Shown: positions 48,725 to 60,900, counted from the stretch's first letter. The stretch: DNA of 64,000 nt from Bacteroidota bacterium (GCA_003153435.1 PLYR01000104.1:2796-66795); one strand, 5' to 3'. Notes: generated from the letters alone by a model not told the origin. Translations and numbers: made by a program.

Positions 48725-49558
48725 TTGTCCTCTTATCTTGAATTTGATTTTAAAGTGAATCCACCGATTCCAGGAACGGACATACTCATTTCCGAACTAG
48801 CTGACGCTGGCTTTGAAAGCTTTGAGGAAACGGATAAGGGTTGCAAAGCCTGGATTCCGGCCGAAAGTTATGATGACTCTCTATTCGATATCATTGCAGT
48901 TTTCAAGTCTTCCGAATTTCACATTTCCTATGAGGTAAAGATGATAGCCCCTCTTAACTGGAATGCGGTATGGGAGAGCAGTTTTGAGCCCGTTATTACA
49001 GACCAATGTATCATCAGGGCTCCCTTTCATGTAGTTGACAGAAAGTTTGAATACGAGGTGGTTATTTTGCCTCAGATGTCTTTTGGAACCGGTCATCATG
49101 AAACGACATCCCTTATGGTAGCGAAATTATTAACAATGGACCTACAGGAAAAGGACGTACTGGATATGGGATGCGGAACAGGAGTCCTGGCTATATTAGC
49201 CTCCATGAAAGGGGCTGCAAAAGTATGGGCGGTTGATAATAATACCAATGCAGTCGAAAATACACTTGAAAATATTACGTTGAATAAAGCAGAGCGAATT
49301 CTTGTTCATAAAGGGGATGCTGCAATTTTGCAAGGCAATGTATTTCATGTTATTTTCGCTAACATCAATAGGAACGTCTTATTAGCGGATATGAGAAGTT
49401 ATGCCGGGGCACTAAAACAAGGGGGCTCCTTACTTTTAAGTGGTTTCTTTGAAACAGACATCGTACAGCTTCTAGACTGTTGCGGACAGAATGGTCTGAC
49501 AGAAAAAGAAAGAGCTCTTAAAAACGGCTGGGCTCTGCTTGAGATGAGAAAAGATTGA
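48725..49558 (+). CDS. prmA: ribosomal protein L11 methyltransferase
   Basis: PrmA N-terminal region (YLEFDFKVNP...GFESFEETDKG) and the SAM fold motif VLDMGCGTGVLAI. The apparent start is a TTG. Confidence 0.75.
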   Translation: MSSYLEFDFKVNPPIPGTDILISELADAGFESFEETDKGCKAWIPAESYDDSLFDIIAVFKSSEFHISYEVKMIAPLNWNAVWESSFEPVITDQCIIRAPFHVVDRKFEYEVVILPQMSFGTGHHETTSLMVAKLLTMDLQEKDVLDMGCGTGVLAILASMKGAAKVWAVDNNTNAVENTLENITLNKAERILVHKGDAAILQGNVFHVIFANINRNVLLADMRSYAGALKQGGSLLLSGFFETDIVQLLDCCGQNGLTEKERALKNGWALLEMRKD

Positions 49559-49585
49559 ACGATAAGCTATTAATAAATCTACTTC

Positions 49586-52500
49586 ATGCAAATTATCAAA
49601 AAGACTCTTCTTTTTTCCCTGATCTTCCTCTTCTCCGGATTACATATGTCTGCCCAAACGCAAGCAAAATCATTTACTGAGGACCCTGTCGTTTTTATTA
49701 AGGAACTGGTCGATTTTTTCGAAACCAGTGAAAAGAAGGAAGGAAAGACTTATATCAATGAGGTCTTCCAACCTGTGTGGCTGAAGATGGATGATTCAAA
49801 AAAAGCTTTCGTTTATAAGATGTGCAACGCAATGCTTAAAAAGCGAATGCATACCCCTGAGTTCAGGAGTTTGCTCAACGCAGTCATGGCGTTCGTGAAT
49901 GGCAGTCAGCCTGAGAAGAATTTTACCGAATGGCAGAGCTGCCTTGACAAACTTATAGCCGGCAAGGTTAGTAAGCCTTTTGTTGATTTCGTCGGCATGA
50001 GTGAGAACCTGTTTTCTTCAAACACCTTTTACAAATCACCTACTGCAGAGTGGAGGACAGAATCCAGTGATTACCAACTCTTTTGTGACAGTATTCCAAG
50101 GATTATTTTCAAAAGTCTGAATTTGCATGGTTACTCTAAGGGTGATAGCACCGTCATCCTCAATACTTCCGGAACATATTTCCCGACTCAGGGTAAGTGG
50201 GTTGGAAATGGAGGGAGGGTGACCTGGAAAAGATGCGGATTGGATGAAAATCAGGTTTATGCCGATATCAAGCACTATACGATTGTCTTGAAAAACCCAA
50301 GTTATGTAGCTGATTCCGTGACTTTTTATAATCAGATTTATTTCAAAGGAAAACCGCTCTTAGGCAGGCTCACAGAAAAAGTAGTTTTCGATGCTACAGA
50401 AAAAAACGCTGCTTTTCCGCGGTTTGATTCCTATAGCTCGAGGTACTCTATCAAAAACTTGTTCGAGAATGTTGACTTTGATGGAGGGTTTTCTCAGGCC
50501 GGAGGGCGTTTCCTGGGATCAGGATCCAAACAGGGTGAAGCCTCCGTTGTTTTTAAAAGAAAAGACAAAAAGTTTTTGGTAGTTCATTCCTCCGGATTCG
50601 TGATCACCAAAGAGAAACTTACCAGCGCTGATGCTGCTGTTACTTTTTATCTGGATAATGATTCCATCTGTCATCCCGATGTGAACTTCAAGTATATCAT
50701 TGCTGATAAAAAAGTTACCCTCTACAGAAGTGATGAAGGAGCCTCCCAGAGTCCATTCACCAATTCATTCCATAATATCGATATGTGGTTTGAGCAGCTC
50801 ACGTGGAAAATTGAAGAGCCAAGGATAGAGATCAGTGCTGTGCCAGGAAGCAGTACAAGTGAGGCAACTTTCCGATCCAAAACCTACTTCAGACGCCTCA
50901 TTTGGGATAAATTTCAGGGAATCGGTACGGTTAATCCTCTACCGTTAATCAAGGATTTCGTGGTTAAAGGAAATGGTGGGAAAAAAGATTTTACGATTAC
51001 TCAGTTAGCCGGTTATTTGAAGCAAAATCCTCAGGATCTAAGGATTGAGATGCTAAAGTTTTCTTTTTATGGACTGGTCTCGATGGATCTGGAAACAGAT
51101 AAGGTGGTTGTGAGAGACAAACTCTTCAACTTTATTTCCAATGCACAGAACAGGCTGGACTATGATATTATAGAATTTAATTCCAGTGTTCCTCCTTCTT
51201 CACTGAATGGAAGTATCAATTTGCTCAACTATGATATGACTATCAAGGGTGTTGCGCAGATCCAAATGAGTGACTCTCAGAATGTGGTTATATACCCGAA
51301 GAACCGAGAAATTATCCTTAAGAAAAACAGAAATTACACTTTTGCTGGTAGGGTAGAGGCTGGAAAATTCGAATTTTTCGGAAAGGAATTTTCATTCGAT
51401 TACGAGCAGTTTAAAGTTAACCTTAACAACGTGGATTCCCTGAGGATGATTGTAGACGGGAAAGGAGTGGATGCTTTTGGAAAGGCTATCCAGGTTCCCT
51501 GTAAGACGGTGGTGGAAGATATTAACGGAGATCTGCTGATTGACCATCCGGGAAATAAGTCGGGTATTTTTAGTGCCAATCTTGCCCAATATCCAATATT
51601 TAACAGCAAGAAAGAGTCATTTGCTTATTACGACAAGAAAAATATTCAGAAAGGGGTTTATAAACGGGAGAAATTCTACTTCAAGCTGGAACCTTTCTCA
51701 ATCGATTCCCTGGATAACTTCTCGAACTCAGGTCTGAACTTTAAAGGGAAAATGACATCCGGAGGAATTTTTCCGGACTTTCAGGAAGCACTTACATTGC
51801 AACCCGATTATTCTCTCGGTTTCGTCAGATCAGCGCCTCCTGGAGGGTTTCCGATGTATGGAGGCAAGGGTAAGTTCAATGATCAGATCCGATTGAGTAA
51901 TGAGGGGATGAAGGGGGATGGAACCATTGATTATGTAACATCTACCACTACATCCAAGAATTTTTTATTCTTCCCCGACTCCACCAATGCCGCAGCAGAA
52001 AAGTTCGATGTAAAGGAAGTGAAGGGTGGGAAAACAGAGTTTCCAACGGTTGCCGGGAAGAACATCTATATGCACTGGATGCCTAAAAATGACGTGATGC
52101 AGACCTTTGACAAGGATTCCACATTCAGTATGTATAAGGCACAGACTAAATTCCATGGAAGGCTTGATCTCACTCCAAACCTCCTTTCAGGCGATGGAAG
52201 AATCGATTTCGGCAATGCGGAGATGAAAGCCCCTCTGATGAAATTCAAGCAGAACAAGTTTGATTCAGATACGGCTGATTTTGCACTTAAATCGGACGAC
52301 TTCAAGGCGCTTAGTTTTGAAACAAACAATGTCAAATCCCATATCGACTTCGATACCCGTACCGGAGATTTTTCTTCGAATGGAAAGGGATCTATCGTAA
52401 AGTTCCCTGTGAATCAGTATATCTGTTTTATGGACAAGTTCCGGTGGTATATGGATAAGGAAACGATCGAACTCAATGGTGGAAAAGCAGCTCCCAAGGT

Positions 52501-54058
52501 TGGGGAATACACAGACCTGAATCTGGAAGGGCCTGAATTTATCTCTACTCACCCCAAACAGGATTCTTTACGTTTCGTTGCTCCTTCTGCAAAATATGAC
52601 CTCAAAAACCATATCATTTCAGCCAAGGATGTGGTTTACATTAATGTGGCCGATGCGAGGATCTATCCTGATAAAGGGGATGTAACCATTGAAAAGGATG
52701 CTTATATCGAACCCCTTACCAATGCCAAGATCCTGGCTAATACGGTTACAAAACACCATAAAATGTACAACGCGAATGTCAATATTTTCGCTAAGAAGAG
52801 TTACTCAGGTTCCGCTTCCTACGATTATATAGATGAAACCAAAGCCAAGCAGACCCTTTATTTCTCGAATGTTCAGGTAGATACTACGGCACAAACCTAT
52901 GCAGAAACAAAAGTTGCAGAGGATGCAAAATTCGCGCTCAGCCCGCATTTTGATTTTAATGGAAAGGTTAAGCTGCTTGCCTCTGAGGAGTTCCTGATTT
53001 TCGATGGGGTAACACGGATACAGCATTCCTGCGAAACGGTTAACAAAACCTGGTTCCAGTTCAAGGCTCAGATCAATCCGACTGCCATTCAGATTCCGAT
53101 TAGCGCTGACCCGGTTGATAATAACGGAAAACCAATTGCCGTAGGGGTAATGAGTACGACCGATTCAACACATGTCTACTCTGCATTCGTTTCCCGCAGA
53201 AAGAACAAGAACGATGTGGAAGTACTGACTGCCGACGGGTTCCTGATCTTTGATAAGAATACAGGGGAATATAAGGTATCCAATAAAGAGAAACTGATCG
53301 AAAGAAACCTCCCTGGAAACTATGTGAGCCTCCATGTAAATACCTGTGTGCTCTATGGTGAAGGAAAGATGAACCTTGGGGCGGATCTTGGAATGGTAAA
53401 GGTGACACCGGTAGGTACAGCCACTCATTATCTGGTTCCTGATTCTACTGCCTTTGACCTGATTGTTGCAACAGATTTCTTCTTTGACGACGGGCTAATG
53501 GATAAGATTTCCGATGCCATAACGGCCAAAACAGACCTAACCGCCACGGATTTTTCAAGGCCGGTGTATGAGAAAGGGCTAAGGGAACTGATCGGAAAGG
53601 AAAAAGCGGACAAGGCCATTTCGGATATCAATCTTTATGGGAAAATCAAAAAATTCCCGGATGAGCTGAAGACCACTATTTTGTTTACTGATGTCAAGAT
53701 GAAGTGGAATAAGAAGAGCCGGTCTTTCATCTCCACCGGGAAACTGGGTATAGGAAACATCAACAAGAATCAGATTAATAAGCTGATAGATGGAAAAATA
53801 GCGATAGAAAGGAAGAAAACTGGGGATATTCTCCATATTTACCTGCAGGTTGAAGATGGAAAATGGTATTATTTTGAGTATAACCGAGGAATTATGTCCG
53901 CAATTTCATCTGATGAGGCCTGGAATCAGGTTATTAAGGACATGAAATCGGATAAAAGAGAAACCAAGGGGGATAAAGGGCAGAGTTACCGCTTTATTCT
54001 GGGACAACCCAGCGCTCCTAAAATTTGGCTTAAAAGAGTTGGATGTGATGGTTGTTAG
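49586..54058 (+). CDS. very large (1490 aa) secreted hypothetical protein, beta-rich, no recognised domain (weak AsmA/TamB-like compositional resemblance)
   Basis: Signal peptide ...HMSAQTQ. The whole length is rich in short beta-strand-like segments (G/K/F/D-rich). It sits immediately upstream of plsY. Confidence 0.65.
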   Translation: MQIIKKTLLFSLIFLFSGLHMSAQTQAKSFTEDPVVFIKELVDFFETSEKKEGKTYINEVFQPVWLKMDDSKKAFVYKMCNAMLKKRMHTPEFRSLLNAVMAFVNGSQPEKNFTEWQSCLDKLIAGKVSKPFVDFVGMSENLFSSNTFYKSPTAEWRTESSDYQLFCDSIPRIIFKSLNLHGYSKGDSTVILNTSGTYFPTQGKWVGNGGRVTWKRCGLDENQVYADIKHYTIVLKNPSYVADSVTFYNQIYFKGKPLLGRLTEKVVFDATEKNAAFPRFDSYSSRYSIKNLFENVDFDGGFSQAGGRFLGSGSKQGEASVVFKRKDKKFLVVHSSGFVITKEKLTSADAAVTFYLDNDSICHPDVNFKYIIADKKVTLYRSDEGASQSPFTNSFHNIDMWFEQLTWKIEEPRIEISAVPGSSTSEATFRSKTYFRRLIWDKFQGIGTVNPLPLIKDFVVKGNGGKKDFTITQLAGYLKQNPQDLRIEMLKFSFYGLVSMDLETDKVVVRDKLFNFISNAQNRLDYDIIEFNSSVPPSSLNGSINLLNYDMTIKGVAQIQMSDSQNVVIYPKNREIILKKNRNYTFAGRVEAGKFEFFGKEFSFDYEQFKVNLNNVDSLRMIVDGKGVDAFGKAIQVPCKTVVEDINGDLLIDHPGNKSGIFSANLAQYPIFNSKKESFAYYDKKNIQKGVYKREKFYFKLEPFSIDSLDNFSNSGLNFKGKMTSGGIFPDFQEALTLQPDYSLGFVRSAPPGGFPMYGGKGKFNDQIRLSNEGMKGDGTIDYVTSTTTSKNFLFFPDSTNAAAEKFDVKEVKGGKTEFPTVAGKNIYMHWMPKNDVMQTFDKDSTFSMYKAQTKFHGRLDLTPNLLSGDGRIDFGNAEMKAPLMKFKQNKFDSDTADFALKSDDFKALSFETNNVKSHIDFDTRTGDFSSNGKGSIVKFPVNQYICFMDKFRWYMDKETIELNGGKAAPKVGEYTDLNLEGPEFISTHPKQDSLRFVAPSAKYDLKNHIISAKDVVYINVADARIYPDKGDVTIEKDAYIEPLTNAKILANTVTKHHKMYNANVNIFAKKSYSGSASYDYIDETKAKQTLYFSNVQVDTTAQTYAETKVAEDAKFALSPHFDFNGKVKLLASEEFLIFDGVTRIQHSCETVNKTWFQFKAQINPTAIQIPISADPVDNNGKPIAVGVMSTTDSTHVYSAFVSRRKNKNDVEVLTADGFLIFDKNTGEYKVSNKEKLIERNLPGNYVSLHVNTCVLYGEGKMNLGADLGMVKVTPVGTATHYLVPDSTAFDLIVATDFFFDDGLMDKISDAITAKTDLTATDFSRPVYEKGLRELIGKEKADKAISDINLYGKIKKFPDELKTTILFTDVKMKWNKKSRSFISTGKLGIGNINKNQINKLIDGKIAIERKKTGDILHIYLQVEDGKWYYFEYNRGIMSAISSDEAWNQVIKDMKSDKRETKGDKGQSYRFILGQPSAPKIWLKRVGCDGC

Positions 54059-54213
54059 GTAGTTAGATTATATTATATGAAGTATCAGTACACAAGAGTG
54101 AAGTCTTATTAACAAATAATTGTTATCATATTTTTAAGGATAGGTTGCCCTATTTTTATCAAATTACCCTATATTTGAGTTATAGGAAGTATTGTCGGAC
54201 CTTAATTTAAAGA

Positions 54214-54867
54214 ATGATCACACCAATTGCAGTTTCTGCATTGATTTTTGCCTACCTCCTCGGTTCAATCCCTTCTGCAGTATGGGTTGGTAAAATCTTT
54301 TATAAAGTGGACGTACGGGAGTTTGGCAGCGGTAATGCCGGTGCCACGAATACTTTCCGAGTGTTGGGAAAGAGAGCTGGGGTTCCAGTCCTCATACTCG
54401 ATATTCTAAAGGGATGGATTGCGGTAAGCATGACTTATTATCTGGTAGATGACCTCCCTGGAACAGAGCCATTTGTAAACATGCAGATTGTTCTCGGAAT
54501 CGCTGCTCTTTTTGGCCATATCTTCCCGGTATTCGCAGGGTTTCGCGGAGGAAAGGGGATTGCGACTCTTCTTGGAATTATGCTTGCTATTCAACCTGGA
54601 GCTTCTTCCATTGCAATCTTTATCTTTTTAGCAGTATTCCTTATTTCCGGTTATGTGTCGCTCAGTTCCATGGTTGCCGGTTTCAGCTTTCCTTTCATCA
54701 TTATGGTTCTTTACAATACCAGCGTAGTGCCTTCCCTACTTATCTTTTCTTTCCTTATTGCTATCCTGATCCTGATTACTCACCAGAAAAACATCGAGCG
54801 CCTCATTAAAAGGCAGGAGAGTAAAACACGCATCCTACGTAAAAAAGACGGAGTGCTTGTAAAGTAA
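54214..54867 (+). CDS. plsY: glycerol-3-phosphate acyltransferase PlsY (acyl-phosphate dependent)
   Basis: N-terminus LLGSIPSAVWVGKIFYKVDVREFGSGNAGATN and the PlsY membrane topology. Confidence 0.9.
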   Translation: MITPIAVSALIFAYLLGSIPSAVWVGKIFYKVDVREFGSGNAGATNTFRVLGKRAGVPVLILDILKGWIAVSMTYYLVDDLPGTEPFVNMQIVLGIAALFGHIFPVFAGFRGGKGIATLLGIMLAIQPGASSIAIFIFLAVFLISGYVSLSSMVAGFSFPFIIMVLYNTSVVPSLLIFSFLIAILILITHQKNIERLIKRQESKTRILRKKDGVLVK

Positions 54868-54985
54868 TCGGCCTACCCTGTAATTATGGAAAATCCCTCT
54901 GTTCAGCATCTTTGCATCAAATTGCCTAACTTTGTTGGACTCATTAGACGCACAACAGGCCGTTTCGATTATTGATGTGAAATGT

Positions 54986-57900
54986 ATGAATAAAAGGATT
55001 TTTTCTCATATCATTCTTTTGTGGGGAATTATCTTTTTCTTACAGATTCCTCTTCATGCCCAAAATGATCTGAGTTCAGAGGAAGCGCTTCGAAAGGAAG
55101 CCCAGAAAGTCTTTGATGATGAGGACTACCCAACAGCCCTGAAATACTACCTGCGCCTTCTAAGCGCCAATATTAAAGATCCTCTCTATAACTACCGCTA
55201 TGGGGTTTGCCTGCTCGAAGCCTCTGCCGATAAAGAAGAGGCCATAAAATATATGGAGAAGGCTGTTAAAGACCCTTCACTCGACAAAGAAGTTTTTTAC
55301 TATTACGGTCGTGCGCTCCAGCTTAGTTATCGTTTCAACGACGCCATTAACGCCTATTCCAAATACAAATCACTCGTTTCAGAATCCAAAGCAAAAAAAC
55401 TGCAGATCGATCATCTCATCGAAACCTGTCATAACGGGAAAACCCTTCTTCGAAAAATAACTGATATTCAAGTAATTGATAAGAAAAATCTGGAAGAAAA
55501 AGATTTCTTCAGATCCTACGACCTGTCTGATATCGGCGGTCGCTTGCTCATCAAGCCGGATGATTTCCGCACCGGGCTGGATAAAAAGAAAAAGGATAAC
55601 TCCATCATTTTCCTTTCTCCCGATAAGAATGAAATCTACTTTTCCAGCTATGGAAGCAGTGACGAAAACGGGAAAGACATCTATGTAATTACAAGGCTAC
55701 CCAGTGGAGAATACGGCAAACCGGTATCTCTTGGATATCCTATCAACACGGAATTTGATGAAGATTATCCATTTCTGCATCCCAATGGAATGGTGCTTTA
55801 TTTTGCCTCCAAGGGACATAACAGCATGGGTGGATATGATATTTTCAAATCTGAAAGAAACTCTGAAACCGGAGCCTGGGGAAAGCCTGTCAACCTTGAT
55901 TTTCCAATCAGCACCCCGGATGATGACATCCTTTTTGTTACCGATAAAGACGAAAAGACGGCTTATTTTGCTTCCCGTAGGGCGAGCGAAAAAGGGAGGA
56001 TCGATGTATACCATATCAATCTCCAGCGAAAACCGGTGGATGTTTGTGTCTTTAAAGGAACCTTCTTGCCATTGGATGGAAAGAGTAAGGCCGCAAAGAT
56101 TACAGTCAAAAATGTAGATATCAACGAAGTTGAAGCGGTACTAAGTGCGAGTGAAGCGCTGGGGGAGTATACCTACAATCTTCCTAACGGAGGAAAATTT
56201 GTAGTCACTGTGGAGACTGCAGAAGGGGATATCCAATCGGATGTTCTGATGATTCCTCAGCAATTTGAAACTGTTCCGATCCGTCAGGAAATTACATACA
56301 TCGATGGAAAGCTGCATGTAAACACCTTCTTCGGGGAAAACCATGGGGAAGATGATAAATACAGTTTGGTTACAGAACTGATTAAGGAGAAGGCCAGGAT
56401 GGATGTGAACCTATCAAAAGCGGCAGTTGAAGCTACACAATCAGCAACTGAAAAAGCGGACTCTGCACGGGTTGCAGATTCAACGCTCACTGCCTCCAAA
56501 CTTCCTCAAAAGCATTTGTCGAACGAAGACCTTATAAAAATAGCTGATCAGGATGCAGCGGATCTGGACAAAGAGGCTAAGGATTTAAGAGAAGCGGCTG
56601 ATAAGGCTCTACAGATTGTTAATGACAAGAATATCAAAGTCCAGGACGAAGGTAAAAAGCTTCAGGAAGCGAATGATGCTTTAACCGCCGCTACCGATGC
56701 AGGAGATAAACAGATTCAGGCAGCCAGGGTGGATTTACTGCAAAATCAGCGAAACAATGCGGAAATCGAAGCTGTGGGTGCCAACAACTTTTTCAATACA
56801 CTCGATTCAGAAGCTTCCCGGAAGAAGAAGGAAGCTGATCTGAGTAAACAATATGCTGCTGATCTGGCAGCTGCCATAAAGTCGAATTCAAAAGATGCAA
56901 TGACAAAGCTGGATGCACAAAAAGAGGAGCTGGACAAGTTTACTGAAGATAAATCAAAAGAGGATGACCCGGTGACAGCCATCCGCAAAGAAGCCGCCGC
57001 CAAACAGAAAGAAGAGAACTCAGCCAGAGAGGAATCAGCTTCTATCAGAGAGGAAATTAAAGGTATGGAAGCGGAAGTAGAAAACCTGGGCAGAGAAGAA
57101 GGGGCCACCACCAATCCTCAGCTCAAGGAAGGGCTAAAGGGACAGATTAGTGGCTTAAAAGAAGACATCATTAAAAAGAAAAACGACCTTACTACGAATG
57201 ACCTGAAAGTTGGAAAATTGCAGAAAGAAGCAGAAAACCTGAATAGTCAGGCATCGTTAGTGTATCAAATGAATGAACAGATCAAATCCGGTCAGGTGCC
57301 GGTTAGTTCAGAGGCCATTGATAAAGATAAACTCAATCAACAGATCAGTACTTATCATCCCAAAGTACTTTCAACCACTGTTAACTCTGACCAGGCTCTT
57401 GTTCATGATACTTCCAGAGTCATTACAGAAACACCAGGTGATAGTACTTTAAGATCTTCAGTAGTAAAAGAGGATAAAGTCAAAAAGGACTCAGAAAAAG
57501 ACAGTCAGGGTAAATATGTAGAACAGGAAGCCTCCTTTACCAAGGCCATTGCTGATGCCGATAACAAAACAGGAGATCTCGAAAAAGAACAGGCCAAAGC
57601 AGAGGCTTACAAACAATGGTCTGATGCAATCAGTCACCGTATAGAGGACAAGAACACCGAACTGAAAGCCACCACAGACCCAACAAGACAAAGTCAGTTG
57701 AATGAGGTCATCACCGCACTCACCAAGGAAAAAGAAGAGAAACAACACCAGGCAGATGAAAGTCTTGACAAAGTAAACAAACTTAAACAGGCTCCACCGG
57801 TTGCGGCATCCGAGGCTGATTATGCCCGTCATTACGAAAACAGAATCGCTACTCTGGATTCTACCTCTGGCAAGCCGGCTCAAGCCCAGGCAAAGGCCGA

Positions 57901-60900
57901 AATCTATAAAGATTGGGCCTCTGCGATCCGGAATGATGCTACCAAGAAGAAGACGGAGATGGAAGCAAGTAAGGACCCTTCCGAAAAAGCTAAACTAAAA
58001 GAAGAAATTGCCCAGCTTGAAAAAGATGCAGAAACAAAAGAAACAACCCAAAAAGAATTACTCGCCTCTGTTCCTGTAAAACAAAAGGAGGAAGACCATC
58101 AAACAGAAGAGCCTGCTACTGTAAATGCCGCAGTGTATAAAAACAAGCTCACTGCCGTGGAGTCCTTGCCAACACAGGAATCTAAAGACTCCGCCAAGGC
58201 ACAGATATACCAGGAATGGGCGGCTTCTTTAAATCAGGATTTGAAAACCCGGAAAGAAAAACTGACCAGCATCATCGAGCCCGACAAGAAGAAGGCAGAA
58301 GAAAAGGCAATTTCTGAGTTGGAAACGGAAGTAACAAGTAAAAACGAAGAAGCAGCCAGATTAACGGAAATTGTGGCCGATCGCAAAACACGCCCGGTGA
58401 ATACGACTGCTCTCGCACCGACCGACACTGCATCTCAAACAAGAGCCCATTCTACCGAACCGGCTGTAACCAAAACGGGTACTGAGCCAGCCGTAGTTAA
58501 AACAACAGCAGTCCTGCCTCCGGTTAAGAAGGCCGTTGACCCTTCTTATCCCTTAACCTCCCCGTCTTCCGTTGCAACCAATGAAGAGCGGAAGCAGCTT
58601 GAAACGGAAGCCGCAATTCTGAAAATCCGGGCCGACACAGCAAGGGCCCAGGCCGATAAACTCTCAGGCCCGGAGCATGATGCCAAACAAAAGGAATCGG
58701 AAGATCTTTACAAGGCTTTCAGCATGAAGGAGTATGATGCTTCCAATGCAGGGGCTAAGGTGAGCTTGATGGAATATGGGGCTAATGAACAGAAGCTGAA
58801 TCAATATGAATTAAAGACCAATACCTCCACAGATCCCGCACTTACCCAGGCGGAGACCTTTACAGATGCAGCCAAAGCATTTTATGCTAAAGCCAAAGAA
58901 CAAAGAGAAGCTGCCCAAAAAACGGATAACCCGAAATTAAGGGAGGAGAATATTAAGCTCGCTGAAGAAAATGAAAACCATGCCATAGAGAGCCAGTCGA
59001 AAGCGCTCAAAATATACGAATCGTCCTTTCCTGATCTGGTGATTCGTGCCGCTGCTGAACCCCGGCATGTCCGTGTAGACAGCACCCTGGATGATGATGC
59101 AATCATTGCAGCCAGAGTAGCTGCTGCTAAAAAAGAACATGATGCCGCAACCGGTCACAAAGATGAGAATGGGCATAAGGATGATGTTAAAACAGCTCCC
59201 GTAGTCGTTGCTAGTCATACAGACGAAAACAAGACTGGAGTAGGTACGGATCACACCGTAGTTACGACTTCGCATACGGATGAAAATAAGAACCCCGGTC
59301 ACACCGAAGCGGTGGAAACGAAACACACGGATCATACGGAAGCTTCAGAGCCAAACCATACAGGGGGAAGCGACAGCGCTAAATCAGAACATGCCGCGAT
59401 TGTTGTACCAAGCCATACAAGAGAAGAAGATTCCGTAGCAACAGCAAGGAAAGTGGAAGTAACTGCAAAAGTAGCTACTCTGAAAGCAGAAGAAGATGTT
59501 TTCCTGGAAGCAGCTACAGCTAATAATCATCAGGCCGATGATGTTCAGATTGAAGGACAGCGACTGGCGAGGGAATCGGGCAAAATGAATAATGACAATT
59601 CGAATATGCCGGATGATGCAAGCAAGGAAGCGGCGAGGACACTATCGAAGGAATATGAGGAACGTGCAAAGCAGAATTTCGCTAAGGCAGATTCTATCAG
59701 AGCGGTAGCGCAGGACTTTAACCGAAAGGCACAAGAGAAAAAGAAAGAACGGGAAGACCTGATGGTATCTCTGGATCCGAACTATAAGCGATCAACACCT
59801 GTCAAAACGGATAAGACAGAAGTGGGTTCAATAACAATAAATAAGGAAACACCTGTAGGAGATAAAAATCCCGTTTCGGAACCGAGAACAGGCACTAAAC
59901 TGGTGGGTGGCTTGGTCAAGGAAACATTCCTGATCGCGACTTCAGCGTCTGTGCCAAAGCAGATCGAGCTGGATCCTAAGATGCCCGAAGGTCTTGTGTT
60001 TAAGGTACAGATTGGGGCTTTCAAACGTACACTGAGTGGTGATGAATTCAAGGGGGTGCGCCCGCTTACCGGGGAGACCACTACCAAAGGATTTATCCGT
60101 TATACCGCCGGCCTCTTCTCCAAATTTGAATCAGCCGATAAAGCTAAAAAATCAATTCAGGCACTTGGATTCAAGGATGCCTTTGTGGTGGCATTCCTAA
60201 ATGGAAAACGCATTTCTGTTGCCGATGCGCAGACGATGATCAGGACCGGAGAAATTCCTGCATCGGTGCTTGGAGGCGGAACTACACCTCCGGTTGCTGA
60301 TGGTGGTAATCATACTGTGGCAGATGGAGGCAATCACACTCCAGCAGTAGAAAGTCATCAAGGGAATGATCAGCTGCCGGCAGTCACCCATACAAACCCG
60401 GGTGCTATTGCCAAGTCGACTCCGGTTACAGGGGTGAGTGGATTGTTTTATGCAGTTCAGATCGGGGTTTATTCCAAACCGGTGAGCAATGAGAAAATTT
60501 ATGGGATTCAGCCTTTGAATACCGAAACGCTGGAAAATGGAAATCTAAGATACACCAGTGGTCAATACGCAGATCCTCTCAAGGCAGAGGAAGCTAAGCG
60601 GAAGATTGTGGAACTGGGCATTAAGGATGCATTCGTGGTGGCTTATAAGGATGGGAAACGGGTAGGGCAGGGAGGTGCAGCAAGAGCGGTGACACCTGCT
60701 GCTGTTCCTGCGAAGAAATCTGAAACGGAACCCGGTGAAGTAAAACCGAATACCCCCGCCATAGATAAAAAACTTTCACACCACAAAAGCGTTATTCCAA
60801 CGGCATCTACTGTAACCGATGTTAAACCTGGTGATTTCAGCCGTTATGATAACAAAGAAATTCCGATGGTGAAAGGGGATACTGGTGTTGTGTTTAAAGT

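Noticed and set aside
54050-54100. Possible terminator hairpin (ATAGG-ttgc-CCTAT + T-run) after the 1490-aa gene
   Set aside because: The stem is only 5 bp and AT-rich, too weak to call confidently.
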